Origin: an uncultured Gemmatimonadales bacterium
GTDB lineage: Bacteria; Gemmatimonadota; Gemmatimonadetes; Palauibacterales; Palauibacteraceae
DNA: 64,000 nucleotides
Assembly: GCA_963807645.1 (NCBI GenBank)
Contig: CAWECO010000005.1
Location: forward strand, 97,216-161,215
Direction of reading: 5' to 3'
The notes below the pieces were generated by a model, which was not told the DNA's origin, ran no database searches, and saw only the letters and a program-made list of their open reading frames with translations. The position numbers and the translations under genes are program-made. The first letter of the stretch is position 1, and every line of letters begins with the position of its first letter. Below are positions 20,659-30,281 of the stretch, piece by piece.

Positions 20659-20793
20659 GTGAAACCCCGGAGATTTGCCTGGTTGAGACGGTTGCGCCAA
20701 GGGGGTATCCTAAGGAGCCGGGAGCGGCGGGTAAAGTAGTACTGGAGTACCCCGCGGAGCCTCCCGTCGGAAGCCGAATGGAGGCAGCCGCAG

Positions 20794-21483
20794 ATGATCG
20801 AGCTGATCGCCGGAGCCGGAGTTGCCGGACTCATCGGGAGCATCCACTGCATCGGGATGTGTGGCTCTTTCGCCGTGGCCTGCGGAGGGACCGCGAGGGA
20901 GTCGTTCTTCTGGCACGCCGGCCGGCTCACGACCTACATGATCCTGGGCGCCCTCGCGGGGGCGTTCGGCGGTTCGATTCCGGGACCCGGCTGGGTGGCT
21001 GGCGTCGTCTCCACCGTACTCATCGTCTACTTCGCGGCGGTCCTCGCGGGCCTCGTACCGGAGCCGAAGATCAAGATCCCGGGAGTACAGCGGGCGGCCA
21101 GCAGTCTCATTTCCCGACCCGAAGCCGGGGCGCGCTACCTGTTCGGCCTCGTGAACGGCCTCCTCCCATGCGGCCTCGTGTACGCCACGCTCAGCGTGCC
21201 CGTCGCTCTCGGCGAGCCGGCGGCGGGAGCGGCGGCCATGCTACTGTTCGGACTGGGCACCGTTCCGGCGCTCGCGACCGTGACTTTCGGTCTACGGAAG
21301 ATTGCGTTCCAGGACATGCGGGTACGCCGGCTGCTGGCGGCGGGCGTGCTCGTGGCCGGATTATGGTCGATCGGGATGCGCCAGGGAGTGATCGGATCGG
21401 GTCACGGAATGGAGCACGGCATGGATGACGGCGACGCCCCGGCTATGGAGCACATGCCGCACGAAGCGCCGAGCCGGCGCAGT
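20794..21483 (+). CDS. DsbD_2 / 'TauE-SafE-like' polytopic membrane protein with HCIGMCG motif and His/Met-rich C-terminal tail; 3' end uncertain
   Basis: GGAGG RBS; motif GSIHCIGMCGSF; ~7 TM helices. Tail GSGHGMEHGMDDGDAPAMEHMPHE looks like a Cu-binding Met/His motif. The frame then runs on as Arg-rich noise to 21669, which suggests an indel near 21480. Confidence 0.55.
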
Positions 21484-21578
21484 GATCCGATCTCGTCGAT
21501 ACTGGGGCGGATCTGTTCCTCGCGGCGGCTCTCGCCGGCGCACCGGAGGCGCCGGCCCAGGAGCCGACCACCGTCCTC

Positions 21579-22010
21579 GTGGTCCGGCACGCCGAGAAGG
21601 TCTCGGAAGCCAGCGACGCCGTGCTCAGCGACCTTGGCCGGGCTCGGGCCAGCGAGCTCCAGCGCGTGACCGCGGAGTCCATGGTTTCGGTTCTGTTCGC
21701 GTCGCAGCACGCCCGCGCGCAGCAGACCCTCGAGCCGATCGCCGATCGGCTGGGGCTCGGAATCCTGGTCCACGACGCGGCGGATTCGGAGGGCCTGGCG
21801 AACCGCATTCTGACCGACCACGCGGGGGAGGTGATCCTGGTGTCGGGCCATTCCAACACGGTCACGGCCATCGTGACCGCTCTCGGCGCCCCGGAACCTC
21901 CGCCCGTCGAGGACTGGGACTATGACGACCTGTTTGTCGTGACGATCGGTCCTGGAGGCGACGCCAGTGTCATGCACCTGAGCTACGGCGCCCCATCCAC
22001 TGAGCCGTAG
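21579..22010 (+). CDS. Histidine-phosphatase-superfamily protein, SixA-like, probably secreted; true start upstream of 21579 and unresolved
   Basis: VVRHAEK (RHG catalytic motif) ... LVSGHSNTV. The in-frame upstream sequence SDLVDTGADLFLAAALAGAPEAPAQEPTT resembles a signal peptide, but there is no start codon before the stop at 21483. A frame break at the 5' end is likely. Confidence 0.55.
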   Translation: MVRHAEKVSEASDAVLSDLGRARASELQRVTAESMVSVLFASQHARAQQTLEPIADRLGLGILVHDAADSEGLANRILTDHAGEVILVSGHSNTVTAIVTALGAPEPPPVEDWDYDDLFVVTIGPGGDASVMHLSYGAPSTEP

Positions 22011-22018
22011 CCGGCCGG

Positions 22019-22876
22019 TCAGTTCCCCTCGCGCGTCGCGTCGAATCCAGTCTCGCAGAGCCGCTTGAACCGGTTGAGTACGTTCGTCGTAACCCGGTTG
22101 TGAATCGCTTCCCAGGTCCGCCGGATCGGCCGGACCCTCGACAGTCGACTCCTTCCATAGGGATTGAACCCGACCGCGAAGAACAGCTGTGTGGGCGCGA
22201 TCTCGTGGCGCGCGGCGATGGGCGATCGGGCGAACACCGAGAAGATGCCGATCGGATACCCTCCACTGCAGTCCCACAGGATATATCGCGCATTGTCGAG
22301 GTCCGAATCGGCCGGAACCCGGCGCACCGTCCGGGCGTTCATCTCGAACAGAGTGGCCAGGCGTCCTCCGGTGACAGATCCCAGCCAACCACCGATGGAC
22401 CGTCCCAGCAGAACGACCCTCACATTCTCGGGTCGGCCCTCCTGGATCTCCAGGGTCGCCACGTGGTTCGGCCAATATGGCGAGTCGCCCCTCCAGCGGA
22501 GAATCTCCTCGAACACGTACCGCACCGGAGCGTCGATGCCGATCCGGTGAATGTTCAGGACGGAGTAGAGCGACACGTCGATGCCGATCCGCTGGGCGAT
22601 GCGATGGGTGTAGTCTTCCCTCACCCGCTCCGTGTCGAAGTTCACCAGAGTTGGAATGGGCGGACGGTTGACGAAATAGCCCCGGACGTCAGCGGCCAGG
22701 CTGCGAGTCACGTCGGGCGCGGTCGTGTGTTCGGTCACAGAGCGCTGGCTCTCTTGTGTGGGTTCAACCGACGCCGGGAAGGGCCCCGTGGAGGTCACAA
22801 TGTGATCTGTTGGAGCCGGCCGGGCAACGAAAAGGTGCAGGCGTTGTTGTGGTCGGATTGGACAGCGCCCGGCCAC
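22019..22876 (-). CDS. Hypothetical protein (no recognised domain)
   Basis: 285-aa ORF with normal composition, unlike its antisense partner. Alternative GTG start at 22738 (VTEHTTAPDV...). Conserved-looking core: YILWDCSGGYPIGIF. Confidence 0.35.
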   Translation of the reverse strand: MAGRCPIRPQQRLHLFVARPAPTDHIVTSTGPFPASVEPTQESQRSVTEHTTAPDVTRSLAADVRGYFVNRPPIPTLVNFDTERVREDYTHRIAQRIGIDVSLYSVLNIHRIGIDAPVRYVFEEILRWRGDSPYWPNHVATLEIQEGRPENVRVVLLGRSIGGWLGSVTGGRLATLFEMNARTVRRVPADSDLDNARYILWDCSGGYPIGIFSVFARSPIAARHEIAPTQLFFAVGFNPYGRSRLSRVRPIRRTWEAIHNRVTTNVLNRFKRLCETGFDATREGN

Positions 22877-22921
22877 GTCCTCATCGTGGTTGGCCGGCCA
22901 ACCCTGGATCGAACGGACGAA

Positions 22922-23548
22922 ATGGAAGTCACGACACTCTACGCGTTGATCGGCTACCTCGGCTCAGCATTCGTCGTGACGTCGCTCGCGATGCGATCGA
23001 TCCTCAAGCTCCGCCTGATCGGACTCGCCGGAGCCGTCACGTTCGTGATCTACGGCTACCTGATCGGCGCCTGGCCCATCGTGTGGACCAACGTCGTGAT
23101 CGTCCTGATCCACCTCCACTTTCTCGGCGAAATCCGGCGCTCAGACGAGTACTTCAAGGTTCTCGAGGTGCGCCGGGAATCGAACTACTTGCGGTACTTT
23201 CTGGATCACTTCGCCGACGACATCGAGGGGGCGTGGCCTGGTTTCGAATTCGAGCCGGAGGACGACATTCTCACCCTGTTCATCCTTCGCGACCTCGTCC
23301 CGGCTGGCCTCTTCGTGGCCAGGGTTCTCGGCGATGCCACGCTCGAGCTCGAGCTGGACTACGCAATTCCCGGATACCGGGACTTCAAGATCGGCCGCTA
23401 TCTGTATTCCGGAGAAGCCCTGCGATCTCGCGGATTCTCGACGATCGTTGCGCGAACGAAGGGTGATCGACCGGCGGACTACCTGCTGAAGATGGGTTTC
23501 GAGCAGGAATCGGCGGGCGGCAATACGTGGGTCCGCGCCCTGGGCTAG
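22922..23548 (+). CDS. Small membrane-anchored protein with C-terminal acyltransferase(GNAT)-like fold (hypothetical)
   Basis: ATG 22922 (MEVTTLYALIGYLGSAF...). Three N-terminal TM helices, then a soluble domain ending ...GFSTIVARTKGDRPADYLLKMGFEQ. The 5' part of the listed 482-aa ORF is antisense noise. Confidence 0.4.
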   Translation: MEVTTLYALIGYLGSAFVVTSLAMRSILKLRLIGLAGAVTFVIYGYLIGAWPIVWTNVVIVLIHLHFLGEIRRSDEYFKVLEVRRESNYLRYFLDHFADDIEGAWPGFEFEPEDDILTLFILRDLVPAGLFVARVLGDATLELELDYAIPGYRDFKIGRYLYSGEALRSRGFSTIVARTKGDRPADYLLKMGFEQESAGGNTWVRALG

Positions 23549-24396
23549 GCAAGCACCTCAGCGACGAAGTCTGCGAACGAGTTCGCAGGTCTGGTCAGCA
23601 GCGATTCGAGATCCCCCGGACTACCCACGAACCCGTTTCGATCGTACCAGCGGAACATCTGCATCAAGGCAGCCACTGCGTAGTCGCCGAGCCCCGACGA
23701 CCGAGCTTTCCTCTCCCACTCCGCTGGATCGACGGAGACCGCTTCCACCGGCCGTCCGAGTGCGGACTCGAACGCCCGCGCCATCCGGGTGTGGGAAATG
23801 GCCTCGGGGCCACACAGTTCGTACGTGCGCCCCTCATGCCCGGGCTCGCTGAGAACAGCGGCCGCGCACTCCGCTACGTCCCGCAGATCGACCAGACTGA
23901 GCTTCGCCTCGATGTCGTAGGGCGCTTCGAGCGTTCCATGCTTCATCATGTTCGGCAGGTGAACGCACAGGTTCTGCATGTACGCACACGGTTGGAGAAT
24001 GGAGAAAGTGAGGCCGGATCCCACCAGCTTTCGCTCCACCTGGTGCTTCAGCCAGTGATGAGGCATGGCTTCGACCTCGGGATGCAATACGGAATGAAAC
24101 ACGAAACGGTCCACCTCCGCGGCGCGTGAGACCTCGATCATCAGGTCTCCGATTTCAACCTCCTGGGGATGAACATTCGGGCAGATGTGGTAGACGGCCC
24201 GCACGCCGTCCATGGCGCGCGAAACGTCTTCAACCTTCAGGAGGTCAGCGGGCACCGCTGCGCGAGCGCCCGACTCCAGTAAGGGACCGATTTGCTCAGG
24301 CGTTCTGACCAGCGCCCGAACCTCCATGCCCATGTCGCAGAGCCGCCGGATAACCTGCCGGCCCGTCTTTCCCGCCGCGCCCGTAACCAGGATCAT
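23545..24396 (-). CDS. NmrA-family NAD(P)-binding protein (atypical SDR)
   Basis: MILVTGAAGKTGRQVIRRL Rossmann motif. 283 aa, intact. Confidence 0.7.
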   Translation of the reverse strand: MILVTGAAGKTGRQVIRRLCDMGMEVRALVRTPEQIGPLLESGARAAVPADLLKVEDVSRAMDGVRAVYHICPNVHPQEVEIGDLMIEVSRAAEVDRFVFHSVLHPEVEAMPHHWLKHQVERKLVGSGLTFSILQPCAYMQNLCVHLPNMMKHGTLEAPYDIEAKLSLVDLRDVAECAAAVLSEPGHEGRTYELCGPEAISHTRMARAFESALGRPVEAVSVDPAEWERKARSSGLGDYAVAALMQMFRWYDRNGFVGSPGDLESLLTRPANSFADFVAEVLA

Positions 24397-24547
24397 TGAA
24401 TCTGTGCGCCTTCCGGGTTGATCGAAGGACGCTCACTGCCGTCGCCGCTACCAGTATAGCCAGTAATCGTCTGCGATTCGCACAAGGGGCATGTTGGAAG
24501 CCGGTGTCCTTTGTTCCAGCCGGGGCGGCCACGTACAATGTGGCCCC

Positions 24548-26477
24548 ATGATCTCAGTCTCCGGCCTCGCGAAATCGTTCGGCGCCCAGACGCTGTTCAC
24601 GGACGTCTCCCTCGAACTCATCCCCGGTGAGCGCTACGGGCTCGTGGGGGCCAACGGATCGGGCAAGACCACTCTCCTCAACATCATCACGGGTCACGAA
24701 GATCCTTCCGCCGGTTCCGTGTCGATCCCGAAGAACGTGAAGCTCGGCGTACTCCGCCAGGATCAGTTCATCTACGAAGACGAGCAGGTCCTCGGGGTCA
24801 CGCTGCGGGGAAACCCGGTGCTGTGGCAGGCGATGGTGGACAAGGAAGCCCTCCTGGCCCAGGCCGACGACGACTTCGACGCGGAACGCTTCTCGGAGCT
24901 GGAAGAGACGATTCAACACCACGACGGGTATGCGGCCGAAGCCCGGGCCGCGGAGATCCTCGAAGGCCTCGGGTTCCCGTCGAGCGTTCACCACCAACCG
25001 ATGTCCACTTTATCCGGCGGGTTCAAGCTCCGGGTGCTGTTGGCACAGGCGCTCGCCGGGTCGCCGGATGCGCTTCTCCTGGACGAGCCCACGAATCACC
25101 TGGACATTCTATCGATCCGCTGGTTGGAGAAGTTCATCCGCGACTTCACCGGACCGGTGGTCGTGATCTCGCACGACCACCGATTCCTCGACAACGTCTC
25201 CACCCAGACCCTGGACGTCGACTACCGGACGGTCCTGCAGTACCCCGGCACTTACAGCGATTTTCTGCTGGCGAAACAGGAGGAGCGCGAGCGTCGGGAG
25301 AAGAGCATCGCCAGCCGCGAGCGGGAGATCGCGCACCACCAGAAGTTCGTCGACCGGTTCCGGGCCAAGGCCAGCAAGGCCCGGCAGGCACAGAGCAAGC
25401 TCCGCCTGATCGAGAAGAAGGCGGAGGGCCTCGAGGAGCTGCCGGCCAGCTCGCGGCGCTATCCGAACTTCCGCTTCGAAGAGCGGCGTCACAGCGGCCG
25501 CGACGTGCTCACCATCAAGGACATCCGGAAGGCATTCGGCGACAACGAGGTCCTGCACGGCGTGGACCTCACGGTGGCCCGCGGAGACCGCGTGGCCATC
25601 ATGGGACCCAACGGGATCGGCAAGTCCACCCTGCTCAAGATCGTGATGGGCGAGCTGGAGCCGGACGCCGGAACCGTGAAGTGGGGATACGAGACGCACC
25701 CGAGCTACTTCGCGCAGGACCACCAGGAGCAGTTCGAGGATGCCGACCACACGGCCGAGGCGTGGATCACCGGGTTCTGCCCCGGCAAGACGTATGGATT
25801 CGTCCGCGGCGAGATGGGTCGCGTGCTCTTCTCGGGTGACGACGGCAAGAAGAAGCTGGGCGCGCTTTCCGGAGGCGAGGCGGCGAGGCTCGTGTTCTGC
25901 AAGATCGCGATCGAGAAGCCCAACGTGCTCGTGCTCGACGAGCCCACGAATCACCTGGACCTCGAGTCGATCGAGGCCCTCGTGGAGGCCCTGAAGAGCT
26001 ACGACGGCACGCTCATCCTCGTGTCTCACGATCGCTGGTTCGTTTCGCGACTGGCCAGCCGGATCGTGGAGATCACGGCGGAGGGAATCCGGGACTATCA
26101 CGGCACGTACGAGGACTACGTGCACTTCTGCGGGGATGATCACCTGGACGTGGATACGGTCGTCTTGAAGGCCCGTACGAAGAAGAAGGTCGAGAAGACC
26201 GAGCGTCGAAAGAAGGGGACTGCCGGCGGAAAGGCCGGTGCGGAAAGTCGGCCGGCCGAGGAACGGCGGCTTGGAGGAGATCACGCGCAAGATCGAAGCG
26301 CTGGAGAGCCAGGTGGCCGATATCGACGCCAGGTTCGCGGACCCGGGCTTCTACGAGGGCGCCACTCCCGAGGACTCGCGGAGGCTGGAGGCCGAGCGCG
26401 GTGCCCTCGAGACGGAGCTGGAAACTCTGATGGCCGAGTGGGAGATGATCGAAGGGCAGCTCGAAGAGCTTCCCTGA
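24548..26477 (+). CDS. ABC-F family ATPase (tandem ABC domains, no TMD); 1-nt indel near 26262
   Basis: Two Walker A sites (GANGSGKTT; GPNGIGKST), two LSGG signatures, inter-domain linker. The C-terminal coiled-coil tail is in another frame (26238..26477: ...EEITRKIEALESQVADIDARF...). Start MISVSGLAKSF. Confidence 0.85.
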
Positions 26478-26487
26478 CCCCCCGGCT

Positions 26488-27913
26488 CTATTCTCGCCGC
26501 TCCGAAGCGTAGAGCGACGGGATGCGCTGGGCACGGAAGACGTACAGGCCTTCGATGCCCGTGAGCTCCCAGCTGCGGTCGCCGGCATCCGACGTTTCGA
26601 TGATCCGACCAGCGCGTCCAAACGACACCAGGGCTCCGCCGTCCGGCAGGACATCCGTTCCCCCGCCGACGGGTGTGTAGGTTTCGGGCGCATCGCTGAA
26701 CTCGAACAGCAACTCGGCCGTCATGGCCTGTTCGTCGATTCGGTAGCGTACCAGCCGGCTGGGCGGCACATCCCCGTTGTCGAGGAGCTGGATCACCCCC
26801 GGTCCCACGACCCGCAGCCCGTGCTGGCGTTCGAAGCTCCCCTTGGGATCATTCACGAACGTGAACTGGTTCCGAAGGCCGCCGCCAAACCGCCAGATCA
26901 CATCGCCTGTCTCGGCTTCGATCTTCGTGATTTCGTCGAGTTCACGCCACGAGACCAGGAGATTGCCGTCGGTATCGAACGCGATCGCGTTGCCGTGCGT
27001 GACGTTGATCGCGCTCGCGCCTTCGATCGTCTCCGGACCGGCGTCCGTGATGTCGAAGTGGTCGGCGGGGTTCCACTCCCAGACCAACTGGCCGTCAGCA
27101 TTCACGTGCTGCACGACCGTCCAATCGAGCGCGACTTCAGCGAGGCCTCCGACGGCGGTCAGGTCGGCCACCCGTCGGTCGTGGCACATCACCCAATACG
27201 AGCCGTTCGCTTCGACACGGATTTCATGGAATCGAGTCTCCTCGCGGTCGACGCACGCAAGGCGCCCCGTCTCCCGTCCGAGTTCGTCGAGCACCCGGAA
27301 ATTGCTGCACCTCGGTGTCGCGGCCGAGAAGTGTGTAGGAACCGTCGCCGTGCGCCTGGAAGTTGCTCAGGACAGGGTCCGGAGCGGTTACATACCACAC
27401 CACCCGGCCCGTGTTGTCCAGAATCACGGGTCCGCCTGGCGCCGAGAGCGTCACGTAGCCGTCCGAGGGACTCGCACCGACGGGGGTCGCCTGTGGCAGC
27501 CAATCGGGCAGCGATCCCGTCGCAAAGGAGAGCGTGTCCACCACTTGCTCGACCGCGTCTACTCGGAGGACGATACCGAGGCTGTATTCGCTGTCCGGGA
27601 ACAGTCCGAGAACGGCCGTGGCGACCGTCGTCTCCCCGCCGAACGCAGTCGCCGGAGTCTCCTGTGGCACCTCGCCGTCCCGCCAGGCCCTGACGACCAG
27701 CTCGTCGTAACCGGTCGCCGAAACGGTCACCAGGGCGCTGATGACATTCGCCGCGACCCCAGAGACCCGTCCCGAGACATAGGTGGGTTCAACCGGGTCC
27801 GGATCGGGGTCTGGATCGGGCCCAGGACCCGGATCGGTCGGATTGTCGTCTCCACACCCCATGGCGAGGAGAACGACGAAAACGCCCAACCATCGTCTCT
27901 TCTTCCAGTCCAT
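26488..27913 (-). CDS. Secreted lipoprotein, arylsulfotransferase (ASST)-like beta-propeller family; 1-nt indel near 27300
   Basis: Lipobox MDWKKRRWLGVFVVLLAMGCG, followed by a (PD)n linker. C-part ...NGSYWVMCHD...VTHGNAIAFDTDGNLLVSWRELDEI...GDVIWRFGG repeats resemble ASST-family repeats. Family assignment is tentative. Confidence 0.45.
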
Positions 27914-28018
27914 TAGCGGCAGCTCGATTCCATTCTTCGGGCAGTCAGGGCCAATCCCGGACGCCGGGCGCGCTGAGCCGCACAACCTACGCGATCGGGG
28001 CGAGGCGCGCCGCCTGCC

Positions 28019-30207
28019 TCACTCCTTCAGGATGCCCACCCGCACGGCGGACGGCCTGTCCGCGTCGTGGTAGATCCGGTGCGTCGCCTTCTGGAAGTCT
28101 TCCTCGCCAGCCTCGTAGATATTCACGAACGTCTGCGGGTTCCGGTCCACGAGCGGGAACCACGAGTTCTGGACCTGGATCATGATCCGGTGTCCGGGCT
28201 TGAACGTATGCAGCACGGCGGGAATCTCGAATCGCACCTGCGTTACCTCGCCCGGTGTGAACGGCTCCGGATTCTCGAAGCTGTTCCGGTACCGCCCGCG
28301 CAGCACTTCGCCGCGCACCATCATCTGGTACCCGGCCATCGGCACGTCCTTGTCGTTCTCGGGATAGTCCTCGAGGTCGTCCGGGAACACGTCGATCAGC
28401 TTCACCACGTAGTCCGCATCCGTTCCCGTCGTACTCACGAGCAGGTCGGCCACGAGTGGCCCGGCCAGCGTGACGGCCTCGGTGAGGACATCGGACTCGT
28501 AGACGTCGACGTCGGGCCGGCGCGCCGCGAACCGCTGGTCATCCGTCATGTATTCGGTGGTGCGGCGCAGGTGGACATCCTCGGTGTAGGGAACGGGCCG
28601 ATCCGGATCGGCGACGTACTCTTCGTAACTTTCATTGGCGGTTGGCGGAGCGAAGCCCAGTCCGCCGCCGGGCTGCAGGTAGAGCGCCGCGGGTTCCAGG
28701 TCGGGCGAGGGCCATGCCTCGAACTCGCGCCACTCGCTGGCACCCGTGTCGAAGATGGTAGCCTCGGGCAATGTCAGATCGCCTTCGTCCCGCAGGTAGT
28801 GGTTGAAGAACTCGAGCTGTGCAGCCTGGTAGCGCTCGGACGTATTCGCTTCCCAGTGCACGTTTCCGAGGTTCGCCCCGTCGTCCCACGCCCACTGGCC
28901 GTGGAACCACGGCCCCATGAGCAGGCGATTCGAGGCGCCCGGGTTCTGCGCCTCTATCGCCCCGTACACCGCGAACGGACCGTACGAGGTCCTCGGCGTC
29001 GAACAGACCACCGACGACCATGACTGCGGGCGTCACATCCGTCAGGTGCGGCAGCGGATCGCGGGCCTTCCACCAATCGTCGTAGTCCGGGTGGTCCATC
29101 ACTTCCGACCAGAACTTGATGCTGTCCCCGAAGAATTGCTCCTCGACGTTCCGGATCGGGCCAAGCCGGAGGAAGAAGTCGTACGCGTCCTGGTTCGGCC
29201 ACTGGAACTGCGCGTTTCCGCGGCGGGTGGGCTCGGGCCTCGGTCGTCCGAACGAGGCGTAGAACGAGAACGCGTCCATCAGGAAGAAGGCGCCGTTGTG
29301 GTGGAAGTCGTCGCCGATGAACCAGTTGGTGACCGGGGCCTGTGGAGACACCGCCTTGAGCGCCGGGTGGGCTCCCGGGCAGGGACATGGTCGAGTAGAA
29401 GCCCGGGTACGAGATGCCCAAGATTCCGACTCGCCCGTTGTTGCGCGGTACGTTGTTCACCAGCCATTCGATCGTGTCCCATGTGTCGCTGCTCTCGTCG
29501 ATGTCCTCGGGCCCCTGCTTGTCCGGGTTGTGCGGCCGCACGTCCACGAACTCACCTTCGCTCATGTACCGGCCGCGCACGTCCTGGAACGCGAGGATGT
29601 AGCCGGCCTCGATGAAGTCGGCGTTCAGCCCCACCGTGAAGTTGAACCGGTCCTCGCCGGCCGGTTCCGAGTTGTACGGCGTCCGCCGAAGCAGGATCGG
29701 ATACGTCTGTGTGGTGTCCTTGGGGACGTAGAACGAGGTGAACAGGCGCGTACCGTCCCGCATCGGGATGTAGACTTCGCGTCTTGGTCAGGCGTTCTCC
29801 CGCTCCAACTGGTGCTCCCACGCGGCGGCGCGAGCTCCTCGCGCCCGAACACGAGGTCGAAGGTCTGTCCGCCCTGGCTGAATGTCCCGGTGATCTTCGT
29901 GTACGCGGCATCAACCGCGCCCTCGTAGCTCACGCCGGCCGGGGCGAACCCCCAGGTAACCGCACCATCTGCCACCGAGAAGTCGATCGGGACGCCCATG
30001 GCTCCCTGGTCCGGCACGTCCATCGTGGCCGAGTAGCCTTCGTCAGCAGCCACGACGTGGAGCGTGAAGACCCAGGCTGGCTGCTCCTACGTCCATGACC
30101 CCGAACCAGTCTCCCGTCGCGTCCTGGGCCGCCAGGGCAAGGGGCCACCAGAGAATCAGCGCCAGGCCGATCAGAGTCTTGCAGGCGAAACGCTTCAGAC
30201 TAACCAT
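28019..30207 (-). CDS. Secreted CocE/NonD-family (S15, Xaa-Pro dipeptidyl-peptidase-like) hydrolase; 4 frame breaks (~30057, ~29780, ~29368, ~28990)
   Basis: Signal peptide MVSLKRFACKTLIGLALILWWPLALAAQD. Motifs: REVYIPMRDGTRLFTSFYVPKD; YPILLRRTPYN; GISYPGF (Ser nucleophile). C-terminal beta-sandwich domain. Two junctions reconstructed: STMSL|PGAHPALKAVSPQ in a CCC run, and FDAEDL|YGPFAVYG. Confidence 0.7.
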
Positions 30208-30281
30208 GATTCCTGTGCTCCCAGTGCGGGTTGATCGTCATTTCCCCGTCAGCACCGTTCAGGATCAGAACGGTGAGATCT

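Noticed and set aside
20659-20793. FNR/Anr box (TTGAT-N4-ATCAA) upstream of ccoN
   Set aside because: No match. Only a weak GTAC-N4-GTAC element (20742-20753) was found.
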